From: Squalus acanthias
Taxonomy: Eukaryota
Direction: 5' to 3'
NCBI GenBank assembly: GCA_030390025.1
Contig: JASTWF010000329.1
Location: 372,001 to 436,000, forward strand
DNA: 64,000 bases
Part shown: piece by piece, positions 11,141-23,632 of the stretch
Layout of the letters: each line of letters begins with the position of its first letter
How positions within the stretch are numbered: position 1 is the first letter of the stretch
The notes under the pieces: generated by a model
Told to the model about the DNA's origin: nothing
Databases searched by the model: none
Seen by the model: the letters and a program-made list of their open reading frames with translations, nothing else
Position numbers and translations under genes: made by a program

Positions 11141-13369
11141 TGCAAACGGGAAACTCAAACCAAACATCATGTGAAGAGCTGACAGATTCACTCGATTGAT
11201 CAGGACCTGAATATCATCGCGCTTTGAATGTGGAAGGAGAAATGTTTGTTTGCTCTGTCTGTGGGAAAAGATTTCAAACATCAGTGTGACTGGAAAAGCA
11301 CCGAGACACACACACCCGAGTGAGAGTGTTCCAGTGCACTGACTGTGGAAAGAGCTTTAACCAGTTACACAGCCTGAAAAAACATCGCACCGTTCACAGC
11401 GGGGAGAAACCGTACACGTGTTCTGTGTGTGGACGAGGGTTCAACCGATCGTCCAACCTGGAGAGACACAAGGACACCCGCACCACGGAGAAACCGTGGA
11501 AATGTGGGGACTGTGGGAAGGGATTTAGTTAACAGTCCCAGCTGGAGACCGGGGATAGGCTGTTCACCTGCTCTCTCTCGGAAGGGATTTACTCAATTGT
11601 CCAGCATGCTGACACGCCAGCGAGCTCGCAATAGGGATAGGCCGTTCTCCTGCTCCGTGTGTGGGAAGGGATTCACTTGTTCATCCCACCTCACTGCATA
11701 CCAACTTGATCACGCTGATGAGAGACCTTTTAAATGCTCTGACTGTGGGAACAGCTTTAAAACCTCTGAGGAACTGATTGAACACCAGCGAGTTCACGCT
11801 GACGAGCGACCGTTCTGTTGCTCTCGCTGCGGGAAGAGGTTCCAGCAGTCATTCCGTCTGGCTGAACACCAGCTCCTTCACACTTATGAGAGTCCATTCA
11901 GTTGCTCTCACTGTGGGGAGAGGTTCACCCAGTCATTGCAACTCGCTGAACACCAGCAAGTTCACATCAAGGAGAGACCGTTCAACTGCTTCGTGTGTGG
12001 GAAGGGATTCACTCGTTTAGCCCACCTTATGTCACATGAGGACATTCACACTATGGAATGGCCGTTCTACTGCTCCGTGTGTGGGAAGGGATTCACTCGT
12101 TTCGTCCGCCTTTTGACACACCAGCGAGTTCACACAGGGGCGAGGCCGTTCCCATGTTCAGTGTGTGGGAAGAGATTTACTCGTTCAAGCCACCTTTTGG
12201 AGCACAAGCGAGTTCACACCGGGGAGAGGCCGTTCACCTGTTCTGTCTGTGGGAAGAGTTTCCCTTGTTCATCCCACCTCTTGATACACCAGCGAGTTCA
12301 CACCAGGGAGAGGCCGTTCACCTGTTCCGTGTGTGGGAAGAGATTCGCTCAGTCATCAACCCTGAAGGCACACCAGCAAGTTCACTCTGATAAGAGACCT
12401 TTTAAATGTTCTGACTGTGAGAAGAGCTTTAAAAGAAGTAATGATCTGCTGACACACCAACGCACTCACACTGGGGAGAATCTGTTCACCTGCTCTGTGT
12501 GTCAGAAGGGATTTACTGATTCATCCCACCTGCTGAGACACCAGCGAGTTCACACTGGGGAGAGGCCATTCACCTGCTCCGTGTGTGGGAAGAGATTCCT
12601 TGAATCATCCCACCTACTGAGACACCAGCGCAGTCACACTGAGGAGAGGTCATTCACCTGCTCCGAGTGTGGGAAGAGATTCACTCAGTCATCCAGCCTG
12701 CTGGTACACCGGTGAATTCACACTGGGGAGAAGCCGTTCACCTGCTCCGACTGTGGGAAGGGATTCACTCGTTCATCCCGCCTCACTACGCACCAGCGAG
12801 TTCACACTGGGGAGAAGCCGTTCACCTGCTCCGTGTGTGGGAAGGGATTCGGTCTGTCATCCAGCCACCAGAGACACCAACTCATTCACACTGGTGAGAG
12901 ACCGTTCACCTGCTCCGTGTGTGGGAAGGGATTCACTTCTTCATCCAGCCTCACTAGGCACCAGCGAGTTCACACTGGTGAGAAGCCATTCACCTGCTCC
13001 GTGTGTGGGAAGAGATTCGCTCATTCATCAACCCTGCTGAAACACCAGCAAGTTCACTCTGATAAGAGACCGTTTAAATGTTCTGACTGTGAGAAGACCT
13101 TTAAAAGAAGTAATGCTCTGCTGACATACCAACGCACTCACACTGGGGAGAATCTGTTCACCTGCTCTGTGTGTCAGAAAGGATTCACTGATTCATCCCA
13201 CCTAAAGATACACCAGCGAGTTCACACTGGGGAGAGGCCGTTCACCTGCTCCGTGTGTGGGAAGGGATTCATTCAGGCATCCAACCTGCGGACACACCAG
13301 CGAGTTCACACGTTACTGCCGAAATTGGATTCTGCTGTTATTGCTGCTGATAATCACATCCAGGACTGA
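11141..13369 (+). pseudogene. C2H2 zinc-finger exon B (more than 20 fingers), disrupted
   Basis: Acceptor ttacag at 11135-11140; stop at 11287; deletion/frameshift near 11525-11580; in-frame TGA at 12713; fingers continue to 13310. Confidence 0.85.
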
Positions 13370-14069
13370 ACCATGTTCATTCTGACAGTTGGGGTTTGTT
13401 TCTGTTGATGTTAATGACCCCTATAACTGGGCTGGAGATTAATATTCTGGATCAATGCCAAATAAATTGGCATTGTTTCAAACACACAGTGTGTCGAGTA
13501 TTTGTTTCCAACAAGATAAGAGATTAATTGATGTCCTGTTACCGACTGCTCCATTTTTGGGCCTTTTCTCCTTTCTAACTCTAGATTATTTCAGTTCTCA
13601 TACCTTTGGTTACTCTCATGGACAAGTCCCAGCTCCCCATACATTCCAGAGTGCCTCTCCCAGCCTTGGTATCCAGGGAAGGTATCGGTAACACGGCCGG
13701 GATCACTAAACACAAAACCCAGTCTGTTAATCACTGTCAGCTACTGGGCTTAGCGTGTGACCCACAGCATCTCTCTCACCTTCGATGTGTGAATAGAGCA
13801 TCACGCCTGCAAATCTGGTTTTAAATTTAAATGCACTCAGCAAATGTATTGAACAAGAGAAGAACAAGTAAACAGATCACGGCCCATCCTCCAGCTCTAT
13901 ATTGTCGGCCGATGAGACTCTGTTAAGGTGCCATGTGCTGCTGGACCGCTCTGCATTTTGCCTGTAATGGAAAATAACTGAAGATTAGTCCCAGTGTAAC
14001 CTTTGGTGTCATGAAATGAGTGTGTCTTTTAATGAGCCTCACGTACTTGCTCAAGTCGGCTGCAATTGT

Positions 14070-17000
14070 CAAATCTCAGAGGTGCCGTAATCGTGACCAT
14101 CTTCAAGAAAGGTGACAAGTCCGATTGCGGTAATTAAAGAGGAGTTTCCCTGCTGTCTGTCACAGGAAAAGTCATCGCAAGAATCCTCCTCAATCGCCTT
14201 CTCCCAGTGGCTGAAGAGCTCCTCCCAGAGTCGCGATGCGGATTCTGCCCACTAAGGGGCACAATGGCCCCACAAAGGCCTTCGACACTGTCAACTGTGT
14301 GGGATTATGGAGTGTCCTCCTCAAATTCGGCTGCCCTCAAAAGTTTGTCACCATCCTCTGCCGGCTTCACAATGATATGCAAGCTGTGATCCTGACCAAC
14401 GGATCCACCACAGACCCAAATCACGTATGGACCGGGGTCAAGCAAGGCTGTGTCATCGCACCAACACTCTTCTCGATCTTCCTGGCTGCAATGCTCCATC
14501 TCACCCTCAGTAAGCTCCCTGCTGGAGTGGAGCTAATCTACAGAACAAACGGGAAACTGTTCAACCTCCGTCGCCTCCAGTCCAGATCCAAGGTCGTCCC
14601 ATCCTCTGTCATCGAATTACAGTATGCAGATGACACTTGCGTCTGCGCACACTCGGAGTTCGAACTCCAAACCATCGTCAATACCTTCACCGAAGCGTAT
14701 GAGAGCATGGGCCTTACACTAAACATCCGTAAGACAAAGGTCCTCTACCAACCTGCCCCCACCACACAATACTGCCCCCCGATTATCAAAATCCACGACG
14801 AGGCCTTGGACAACGTGGACCACTTTCCATACCTCGGGAGCCAACTGTCATCAAGGGCAGAAGTCGATGACGAAGTCCAACACTCCCTTCAGTGTGCCAG
14901 TGCAGCCTTCGGTCGCTTGAGGAAGAGAGTGTTTGAAGACCAGGACCTCAAACCCGGCACCAAGCTCATGGTCTACAGAGCAGCAGTGATACCCGCCCTC
15001 CTGTATGCCTCAGAGACATGGACCATGTACAGCAGGCACCTCAAAGCACTGGAGAGGTACCACCAATGCTGCCTCCGCAAGATCCTGCAAATCCATTGTT
15101 GTCATGGTCCATGTTGGTACCAATGACATAGATAGGACAAGGAATGAGGTTCTGCTGAGGGAGTATGAGCAGCTAGGAGCCAAATTAAAAAACAGAACCT
15201 CTAGGGTAGTAATCTCTGGATTACTACCTGAGCCACGAGCAAATTTGGCTAGGGTAAATAAAATCAGAGAGTTAAATGCGTGGCTCAAAGACTGGTGTGG
15301 GAGAAATGGGTTTTGCTTCCTGGGACACTGGCAGCAGTACTGGGACAGGAGAGAGCTGTTCCGTTGGGACAGACTTCACTTGGCCAGTGCTGGGACTAGA
15401 GTCCTGGCGAATCGAATAACTAGGGCTGTAGAGAGGGCTTTAAACTAATTAGTGGGGGGGAGGTTTCAAGAGAGCAAAAAATAAAAATGACAGCGGAGAA
15501 GGCAATAGAGCAAAGTAGCAGTGGGGTAATTAAAAACCAGAGCGTGTCAGGAAGGGACAGAATATATAAAGATAAAGTTAAAGTAGTAAAGGGGGTAAAA
15601 GCAGGAATAAATTGTCACAAAACATATTTAAAAGTTCTTTATCTGAATGCACGCAGCATTCGTAACAAAATAGACGAGTTGACGGTACAAATAACTACGT
15701 ATGGGTATGATCTTGTGGCCATTACAGAAACATGGCTGCAGGGTGACAACGACTGGGAATTAAATATGCCAGGGTATTTACCAATCAGGAAGGACAGGCA
15801 GGAAAGAAGGGGAGGTGGGGTGGCTGTGTTAATAAAGGAAGGAATCACTGTAATACAGAGAAATGATATTGGGTCAAAGGATCAGGATAATGAAACAGTT
15901 TGGGTGGAGATAAGGAATAATAAGGGGAAAAAAACACTAGTGGGAGTAGTATATAGGCCTCCTAATAGTTGCAACTCTGCTGGAAGAAGTATTAATCAGG
16001 AAATAGTTGGGGCATGTAATAAGGGAACCTCTATAATTATGGGGGATTTTAACTATAATATTAACTGGACAAATCAAATTGGGCAGGGCAGCCTTGAGGA
16101 AGAGTTTATTGAGTGTATTAGGGATGGATTTCTTGAGCAGTATGTAACTGATCCTACAAGGGGGCAAGCAACCTTGGACCTGGTCCTGTGTAATGAGTCA
16201 GGATTAATTAATAATGTCCTAGTTAAGGATCCCCTTGGAATGAGTGACCATAACATGGTTGAATTCCATATCCAATTAGAGGGTGAATCTTTTATTCAAA
16301 CCAATAATACTCCAATTAGAGGGTGAAAAGGTTGGTTCTCAAACAAGCGTACTGAGCTTGAATAAAGGAGACTATGATGGTATGAGAGCGGAATTGATTA
16401 AAGTGGACTGGGAAAATAGATTAAAGGGTAAGACAGTACATGAGCAGTGGTGTTCATTTAAGGAGTTATTTTACAACTTTCAAAAAATATATATTCCACC
16501 GAGGAAAAAAGGGTGTAAAAGAAATGACAGCCATCCGTGGCTAAGTAAAGAAATTAAGGATAGTATCCAACTAAAAACAAGGACATATAAGGTAGCCAAA
16601 CTTAGTGGGAGGATAGAAGATTGGGAAGTCTTCAAAAGACAGCAAAAAGTAACTAAAGGATTGATTAAGAAAGGGAAGCTAGATTATGAAAATAAATTAG
16701 CAAAAAATATAAAGACAGATAGCAAGAGTTTCTATAGTTATATAAAAAGAAAAAGGGTGGCTAAGGCAAACGTAGGTCCCTTAGAGGATGAGACCGGGAA
16801 ATGAATGGTGGGAAACATGGAGATGGCAAAAATGCTGAACAAATATTTTGTTTCAGTCTTTATGGTAGAGGACACTAAGAATATCCCAACACTGGACAAA
16901 CAGGGGGCTCTAGGGGGGGAGGAGCTAAATACGATTAAAATCACTAAGGAATTGGTACTCAGTAAAATAATGGGACTCAAGGCGGATAAATCCCCTGGAC

Positions 17001-19091
17001 CTGATGGCTTACATCCTAGGGTCTTGAGGGAAGTGGCAGTAGGGATTGTGGATGCTTTGGTAATAATTTTCCAAAATTCCCTGGACTCAGCAAAGGTCCC
17101 GGCAGATTGGAAAACTGCTAATGTAACACCCTTATTTAAAAAGGGTTGTAGGCAGAAGGCTGGAAATTATAGACCAGTTAGCCTACCATCTGTGGTGGGT
17201 AAAATTTTGGAGTCTATTATTAAAGAGACAGTAACGGAACATTTAGATAAACATAATTTAATAGGACAAAGTCAGCATGGCTTTATGAAGGGGAAGTCAT
17301 GTCTGACAAATTTGCTTGAGTTCTTTGAGGACATAACGTACAGGGTGGATAAAGGGGAACCAGTGGACGTAGTGTATTTAGACTTCCAGAAGGCATTCGA
17401 CAAGGTGCCACATAAAAGATTATTGCTCAAGATAAAAAATCACTGGATTGGGGGTAATATTCTGGCATGGGTGGAGGATTGGTTATCTAACAGGAAGCAG
17501 AGAGTTGGGATAAATGGTTCATTCTCGGACTGGCAACCAGTAGCCAGTGGTGTTCCGCAGGGGTCGGTGCTGGGTCCCCAACTCTTTACAATCTATATTA
17601 ACGATTTGGAATAGGGGACCGAGTGTAACATATCAAAGTTTGCAGATGATACAAAGATGGGAGGGAAAGTAGAAAGTGAGGAGGACATAAAAAACCTACA
17701 AGGGGATATAGACAGGCTGGGTGAGTGGGCGGAGATTTGGCAGATGCAATACAATATTGGAAAATGTGAGGTTATGCACTTTGGCAGGAAAAATCAGAGA
17801 GCAAGTTATTATCTTAATGGCGAGAAACTGGAAAGTACTGCAGTACAAAGGGATCTGGGGGTCCTAGTGCAAGAAAATCAAAAGGTTAGTATGCCGGTGC
17901 AGCAGGTGATCAAGAAGGCCAACGGAATGTTGGCTTTTATTGCTAGGGGGATAGATTATAAAAACAGGGAGGTATTGCTGCAGTTATATAAGGTATTGGT
18001 GAGACCGCACCTGGAATACTGCGTACAGTTTTGGTGTCCATACTTAAGAAAAGACATACTTGCTCTCGAGGCAGTACAAAGAAGGTTCACTCGGTTAATC
18101 CCGGGGATGAGGGGGTGGACATATGAGGAGAGGTTGAGTAGATTGGGACTCTACTCATTGGAGTTCAGAAGAATGAGAGGCGATCTTATTGAAACATATA
18201 AGATTGTGAGGGGGCTTGATCGGGTGGATGCGGTAAGGATGTTCCCAAGGATGGGTGAAACTAGAACTAGGGGGCATAATCTTAGAATAAGGGGCTGCTC
18301 TTTCAAAACTGAGATGAGGAGAAACTTCTTCACTCAGAGGGTAGTAGGTCTGTGGAATTTGCTGCCCCAGGAAGCTGTGGAAGCTACATCAGTAAATAAA
18401 TTTGAAACAGAAATAGACCGTTTCCTAGAAGTAAAGGGAATTAGGGGTTACGGGGAGCGGGCAGGAAATTGGACATGAGGCTGAGTTTGGATCGGTCAAG
18501 GCCCTGTGGGTGGCGGAGCGGGCACAGGGGCTGAGTGGCCGGGTCCTGCTCCTACTTCTTGTGTTCTTTAGATTTCAGGTGAGGATCAGATCAGCCATGA
18601 TCTTATTGAATGGCGGAGCAGGCTCGAGGGGCCGATTGGCCTGCTCATGCTCCTATTTCTTATGTTCTTATAGGCGCACCAACGTCAGTGTTCTCGCTCA
18701 GGCCAACATACCCAGCATCGAAGCTTTGCGCACACTCGATCAGCTCCGATGGACGGGTCACACCATCCGCATGACCGATAGGAGACTCCCAAAACAAGCG
18801 CTCTACTCGGAGCTCCGACACGGCAAGAGAGCCCCAGGTGGGCAGAGGAAACGCTTCAAGGACACCCTCAAAGCCTCCTTGAAACATCCCCACCGACACC
18901 TGGGAATCCCTGGCCCAAGACCGCACGAAGTGGAGGAGAAGCATCCCACCCACCCGCCCCTTCAACCACCGTCTGCCCCACCTGTGACAGACCTGTAGGT
19001 CCCGCATTGGACTCATCAGTCACCTGAGAACTCATTGTTGGTGTGGAAGCAAGTCATCCTCGGTTCCCAGGGACTGCCTAAGAAGAAGATG
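14070..19091 (+). mobile_element. RTE-clade LINE, 5'-truncated, split by a CR1 insertion; flanked by 115-bp direct repeats
   Basis: GVKQGCVIAPTLF, QYADD and FPYLGS motifs; resumes at 18672 with RRTNVSVL...RLPKQALYSEL; (aag)n tail; direct repeats 13955-14069 and 19092-19206. Confidence 0.88.
15096..18671 (+). mobile_element. CR1 LINE (end of ORF1 esterase plus complete but disrupted ORF2)
   Basis: ORF1 VHVGTND motif; ORF2 15487-18478 with APE and RT domains, broken at about 16290, 16802 and 17612; (ttcttatg)n tail. Confidence 0.93.
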
Positions 19092-19782
19092 ATTTTGCCT
19101 GTAATGGAAAATAACTGAAGATTAGTCCCAGTGTAACCTTTGCTGTCATGAAATGAGTGTGTATTTTAATGAGCCTCGCGTCCTTGCTCATGTCGGCTGC
19201 AATTGTGTAGAAAGGGGATGTGTAAAGAGATGGTCTGTGTATGGCGATGTGAAAGAAGGAAACGGTGTGTGTGTGTGATAGTGACACAGCCTTGTGTTCA
19301 CAGTCAGAACAATGACAGATATCCTTGTGGTAATGGTTTGAGCAGGGCCAGATCAATAATGAAGTAAACAAGTTAAATATAAATATCGCCAGTGTAGTCG
19401 CAGCTTGTTAGAACAGACCTGGGGAGAAGAGAGCTCTGAATCCACTGTATTATTTCTGTTCTCCGGATCGGGTAACTATACTCTGTCTGTATCTTTGCAG
19501 TGCTGTTAATAAAGTCAGTGAAAGACAATCTGTTGTGAGCTTGATTATCTGGTGTCTGAAACCACAAGACTCAATCTTTAGACTCAACAAGATGAACAAG
19601 TAAACACATCACGGCCCAATACTCCAGCTCTATATTCACAGGAGAAATTCTGTTATCACACTCCTCGAGTGGACAGAATAAAGAAAGATCCCAACTCAGA
19701 ACCTCCAGATTCATTTGTAAATATCTTTCAAATCCTGACATATCAATTGTCATTGTACGTTCCATTGAAGAAGAAAAAGGGG

Positions 19783-20513
19783 CTGGAGAGTAGGGGTGAA
19801 AGAGGAGTTGGGGTGAGGGGGTTTGGGGAGTTGGGGTGAAAGAGGAGTTGGGGTGAGGGGGTTGGAGAGTAGGGGTGAAAGAGGAGTTGGGGTGAGGGGG
19901 GTTGGAGAGTAGGGGTGAAAGAGGAGTTGAGGTGAGGAGGTTGGAGAGTAGGGGTGAAAGGAGTTGGGGTGAGGGGGGTTGGAGAGTTGGGGTGAAAGAG
20001 GAGTTTGGGTGTGGGGGTTGGAGAGTAGGGGTGAAAGAGGAGTTGGGGTGAGGGGGGTTGGAGAGTAAGAGTGAAAGGAGTTGGGGTGAGGGGGGTTGGA
20101 GAGTAGGGGTGAAAGAGGAGTTGGGGTGAGGGGGGTTGGAGAGTAAGAGTGAAAGAGGAGTTGGGGTGAGGGGTTGGAGAGTAGGGGTGAAAGAGGAGTT
20201 GGGGTGAAAGAGGAGTTCGGGTGGGGGTGGTTGGAGAGTAGGGGTCAAAGAGGAGTTGGGGTGAGGGGGGTTGGAGAGTAGGGGTGAAAGAGGAGTTGGG
20301 GTGAGGGGGGTTGGAGGGTAGGGGTGAAAGAGGAGTTGGGGTGAGGGGTTGGAGAGTTGGGGTGAAAGAGGAGTTGGGGTGAGGGGAGTTGGTGAGTAGG
20401 GGTGAAAGAGGAGTTGGGGTGAGGGGGGTTGGTGAGTAGGGGTGAAAGAGGAGTTGGGGTGAGGGGGGTTGGAGAGTAGCGGTGAAAGAGGAGTTGGGGT
20501 GAGGGGCGTTGGA
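19783..20513 (+). repeat. G-rich minisatellite, about 40-bp unit
   Basis: Unit gaggagttggggtgaggggggttggagagtaggggtgaaa. Confidence 0.9.
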
Positions 20514-20537
20514 AGGTATGTGTGAAAAAGAACTTGG

Positions 20538-20755
20538 CCTTAAGCTCTGGAATTCCCTCCCTGAAACTCTCCGCCTCTCCCCCTTTCTCCCGACCTTTAA
20601 GATGCCCCTTAAAACCTACCTCTTTGATAAAGCTTTTGGTCATCTTTCCTGCTATCCCCTGTCGGTGTCAAACATGTTTTTTTTATATTGCTCTTGTTGA
20701 GCGCCTTCGGACGTTTTACCACATTAAATGTGCTGTATAAATGTAAGTTGCTGCT
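20538..20755 (+). mobile_element. L2-like LINE 3' fragment
   Basis: LWNSLP...FK..LKTYLF..AF followed by a gagcgccttcggacgttttac...tataaatgtaagttg tail. Confidence 0.65.
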
Positions 20756-20757
20756 GG

Positions 20758-21110
20758 TATCAAATCTAGGGACCACTTACAATGTGACACCAAATCCAGG
20801 GACCACTTACACCGTAATACCAAATCCAGGGACCAATGTTGTGTGACATCAAATCCAGGGTCCACTTACACAGAGACACCAAATCCGGGGACTACTTAAA
20901 TTGAGACATCAAATCCAGGGATCACTTACACTGTGAAAAAAACATCCAGGACCACTTACAGTGTGACACCAAATCCAGGGACCATTAACACTATGACACC
21001 AAAACCAGGGACCATTTACATTATTACGCCAAACCCAGGGCCAATTTATGATGGGACAACAAACCCAGGGACTATTTGCACTGTGACATGAAATGCAGGG
21101 ACCACATATA
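20758..21110 (+). repeat. Degenerate minisatellite, about 30-bp unit
   Basis: Unit approximately caaatccagggaccacttacactgtgacac. Confidence 0.8.
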
Positions 21111-23057
21111 CAATCCCAGAATTGGAATCCCCATGTAGAGATCCAGGGTTGGAATCCCCATGTACAGGCCCAGGGTTAGAATCCCCATGTACAGTCCCAG
21201 GGTTGGAATCCTCATGTACAGTCCCTGGGCTGAAATCCCCATGTACAGTCCCAGGGTTAGAATCCCCATGTACAGTCCCAGGGTAAGAATCCCCATGGTT
21301 GAACTGGTTGGCAGACAGGAAGCAAAGAGTTGGAATAAACGGGTCTTTTTCCGAGTGGCAGGCAGTGACTAGTGGGGTACCGCAGGGATCGGTGCTAGGA
21401 CCCCAGCTATTCACAATATATATTAATGATCTAGAAGAGGGAACTAGATGCAATATCTCTAAGTTTGCAGTCGACACAAAGCTGGGTGGGCGTGTGTGCT
21501 GTGAGGAGGATGCAGAGAAACTCCAGTATGATTTGGACAGGTTGGGTGATTGGGCAGATGTATGGCAGATGCAGTATAATGTGGATAAATGCAAGGTTAT
21601 CCACTTTGGTGGCAAAAACAGGAAGACAGATTATTATCTGAAGGGAAATAGATTGGGAAAAGGGGAAGTGCAACGAGATCTGGGAGTCCTTGTGCACCAG
21701 TCACTGAAGGTAAGCATGCAGGTGCAGCAGGCGGTTAAGCAGGCAAATGGTATGTTGGCCTTCATAGCGAGAGGATTCGAGAACAGGAGCAAGGATGTCT
21801 TGCTGCAGTTGTACAAGGCCTTGGTGAGACCACACCTTAAGTATTGTGTGCAGTTTTGGTCGCCTTATCTGAGGAAGGAGGTTCTTGCCATGGAGGGAGT
21901 GCAGCGAAGATTTACCAGACTGATACCTGGGATGGCAGGAATGATGTATGAAGAGAGATTGGGTCGATTAGGCTTATATTCGCTAGAGTTTAGCAGAATG
22001 AGAGGGGATCTCTTTGAAACTTATAAAATTCTAACAGGACTAGACAGACTAGATGCAGGAAGGATGTTCCCGATGGCGGGGGAGTCCAGAACCAGAGGTC
22101 ACAGTCTAAGGATAAGGAGTAAGCCATTTAGGACTGAGATGAGGAGGAATTTCTTCACCCAGAGAGTGGGGAACCTGTGGAATTCTCGACCACAGAAGGC
22201 AGTTGAGGCCAATTCATTAAATATATTCAAGAAGGAGCTAGATATATTTCTTAAGGCTAAAGGGATCAAGGGATATGGGGAGAAAGCAGGGACAGGGTAC
22301 TGAATTTGGATGATCAGCCATGATCTCATTAAATGGCGGAGCAGGCTCGAGGGGCCCAATGGCCTTCTCCTATCTTCTATGCTTCTATGTACAGTCCCAG
22401 GATTGGAATCCCCATGTACAGTCCCAGGGTCAGAATCCACAAGTACAGTCCCAGGGCTGGATTCCCCATGTACAGTCCCAGGGTTAGAATCCCCATGTAC
22501 AGTCCCAGGGTTAGAATCCCCATGTACAGTCCCAGGGTTAGAATCCCCATGTACAGTCCCAGGGTTGGAATCCCCATGTACAGTCCCAGGGTTAGACTCC
22601 CCATGTACAGTCCCAGGGTTAGAATCCCCATGTACAGTCCCAGAGTTAGAATCCCCATGTACAGTGCCAGGGCTGGAATCCCCATGTACAGTCCCAGGGT
22701 TAGAATCCCCATGTACAGCCCCAGGGTTAGAATCCCCATGTACAGTCCCAGGGTTAGAATCCCCATGTACAGCCCCAGGGTTGGAATCCCCATGTACAGT
22801 CCCAGGGTTAGAATCCCCATGTACAGTCCCAGGGTTGGAATCCCCATGTACAGCCCCAGGGTTGGAATCCCCATGTACAGTCCCAGGGTTAGAATCCCCA
22901 TGAACAGTCCCAGGGTTAGAATCCCCATGTACAGTCCCAGGGTTAAAATCCCCATGTACAGTCCCAGGGTTGGAATCCCCATGTACAGTCCCAGGGTTAG
23001 AATCCCCGTGTACAGTCCCAGGGTTAGAATCCCCATGTACAGTCCCAGGGTTGGAAT
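21110..23057 (+). repeat. 27-bp minisatellite interrupted by a CR1
   Basis: Unit tacagtcccagggttagaatccccatg, present at 21110-21297 and 22387-23057. Confidence 0.92.
21297..22387 (+). mobile_element. CR1 LINE, 5'-truncated
   Basis: ORF 21299-22303 with [10 protein letters not shown]; catalytic FADD degenerate to FAVD; CR1 3' tail. Confidence 0.92.
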
Positions 23058-23189
23058 GCATACGTTGGCAATGAGCTTGGGCCCCAGCACATGCTCACTG
23101 TAAAACCCAGGTCAAGGGCCGGCCCACTGTGCACTCTCTGAACCCGGTTTGCTGCTCCCTCTGTGCCCAGCACTGCCTGCACCCCCGGC

Positions 23190-23460
23190 GCACGGAAGTG
23201 GAATTTCAGCCTCAGTGTTACAAGTTTCATCGGTTACAGGCTGGAGAGAGGAATCATTCAAACTGACCCAGAGCTGTGTGATTGGTTCAGTCTGTGTATC
23301 ACCGACGGACCCTTTTAAATTTGAGTGGTCAGGTATTCAAATTCCCGTGAACTCTAATCCCGGATATAAAAGAGGGGAGAGCTGTGTTTAAATCAGAGTC
23401 CCCTTGGAGATTCTCAGTGAAGGAACTGGTCAGCTTGAAATTCGAATCAGAAAAATCAGT
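23190..23460 (+). promoter_or_regulatory. ETS/CCAAT/TATA promoter-like module (second, inverted copy at about 62440-62710)
   Basis: CGGAAGTG at about 23193, GATTGG at 23280, TATAAAA at 23365. Confidence 0.45.
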
Positions 23461-23488
23461 GAGAAATTTCCAATGAGCAGATTTTGAC

Positions 23489-23632
23489 CATAGAATCAAT
23501 GGTTCCAGCACAGAAGGAGGCCATTCGGCCCGTCGAGCCCGTGCCGAAACAGCGTAGCTCATCAGGGCGGGGATTGAACCCACGACGTTGGCGTTATTAG
23601 CACCATGCTCGAACCATCTGAGCAAACTGACC
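23489..23632 (-). mobile_element. SINE-like insertion: tRNA-Ile(AAT)-derived head fused to a CR1 3' tail
   Basis: Minus strand ggtcagtttgctcagatggttcgagcatggtgctaataacgccaacgtcgtgggttcaatcccc resembles vertebrate tRNA-Ile(AAU), then gggccgaatggcctccttctgtgctg...ttctatg. Absent from the paralogous site at about 62420. Confidence 0.82.

Noticed and set aside
13480..13525. V(D)J recombination signal (CACAGTG in the ZNF 3' flank)
   Set aside because: No nonamer at 12 or 23 bp spacing and no Ig/TCR segments.
21110..23057. Interstitial telomere (GGGTTAG in the 27-bp and 67-bp units)
   Set aside because: Only one isolated hexamer per unit, never tandem TTAGGG.
23561..23632. Functional tRNA-Ile gene
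   Set aside because: The acceptor stem does not pair, it is fused to a CR1 tail, and it is absent from the paralogous site.
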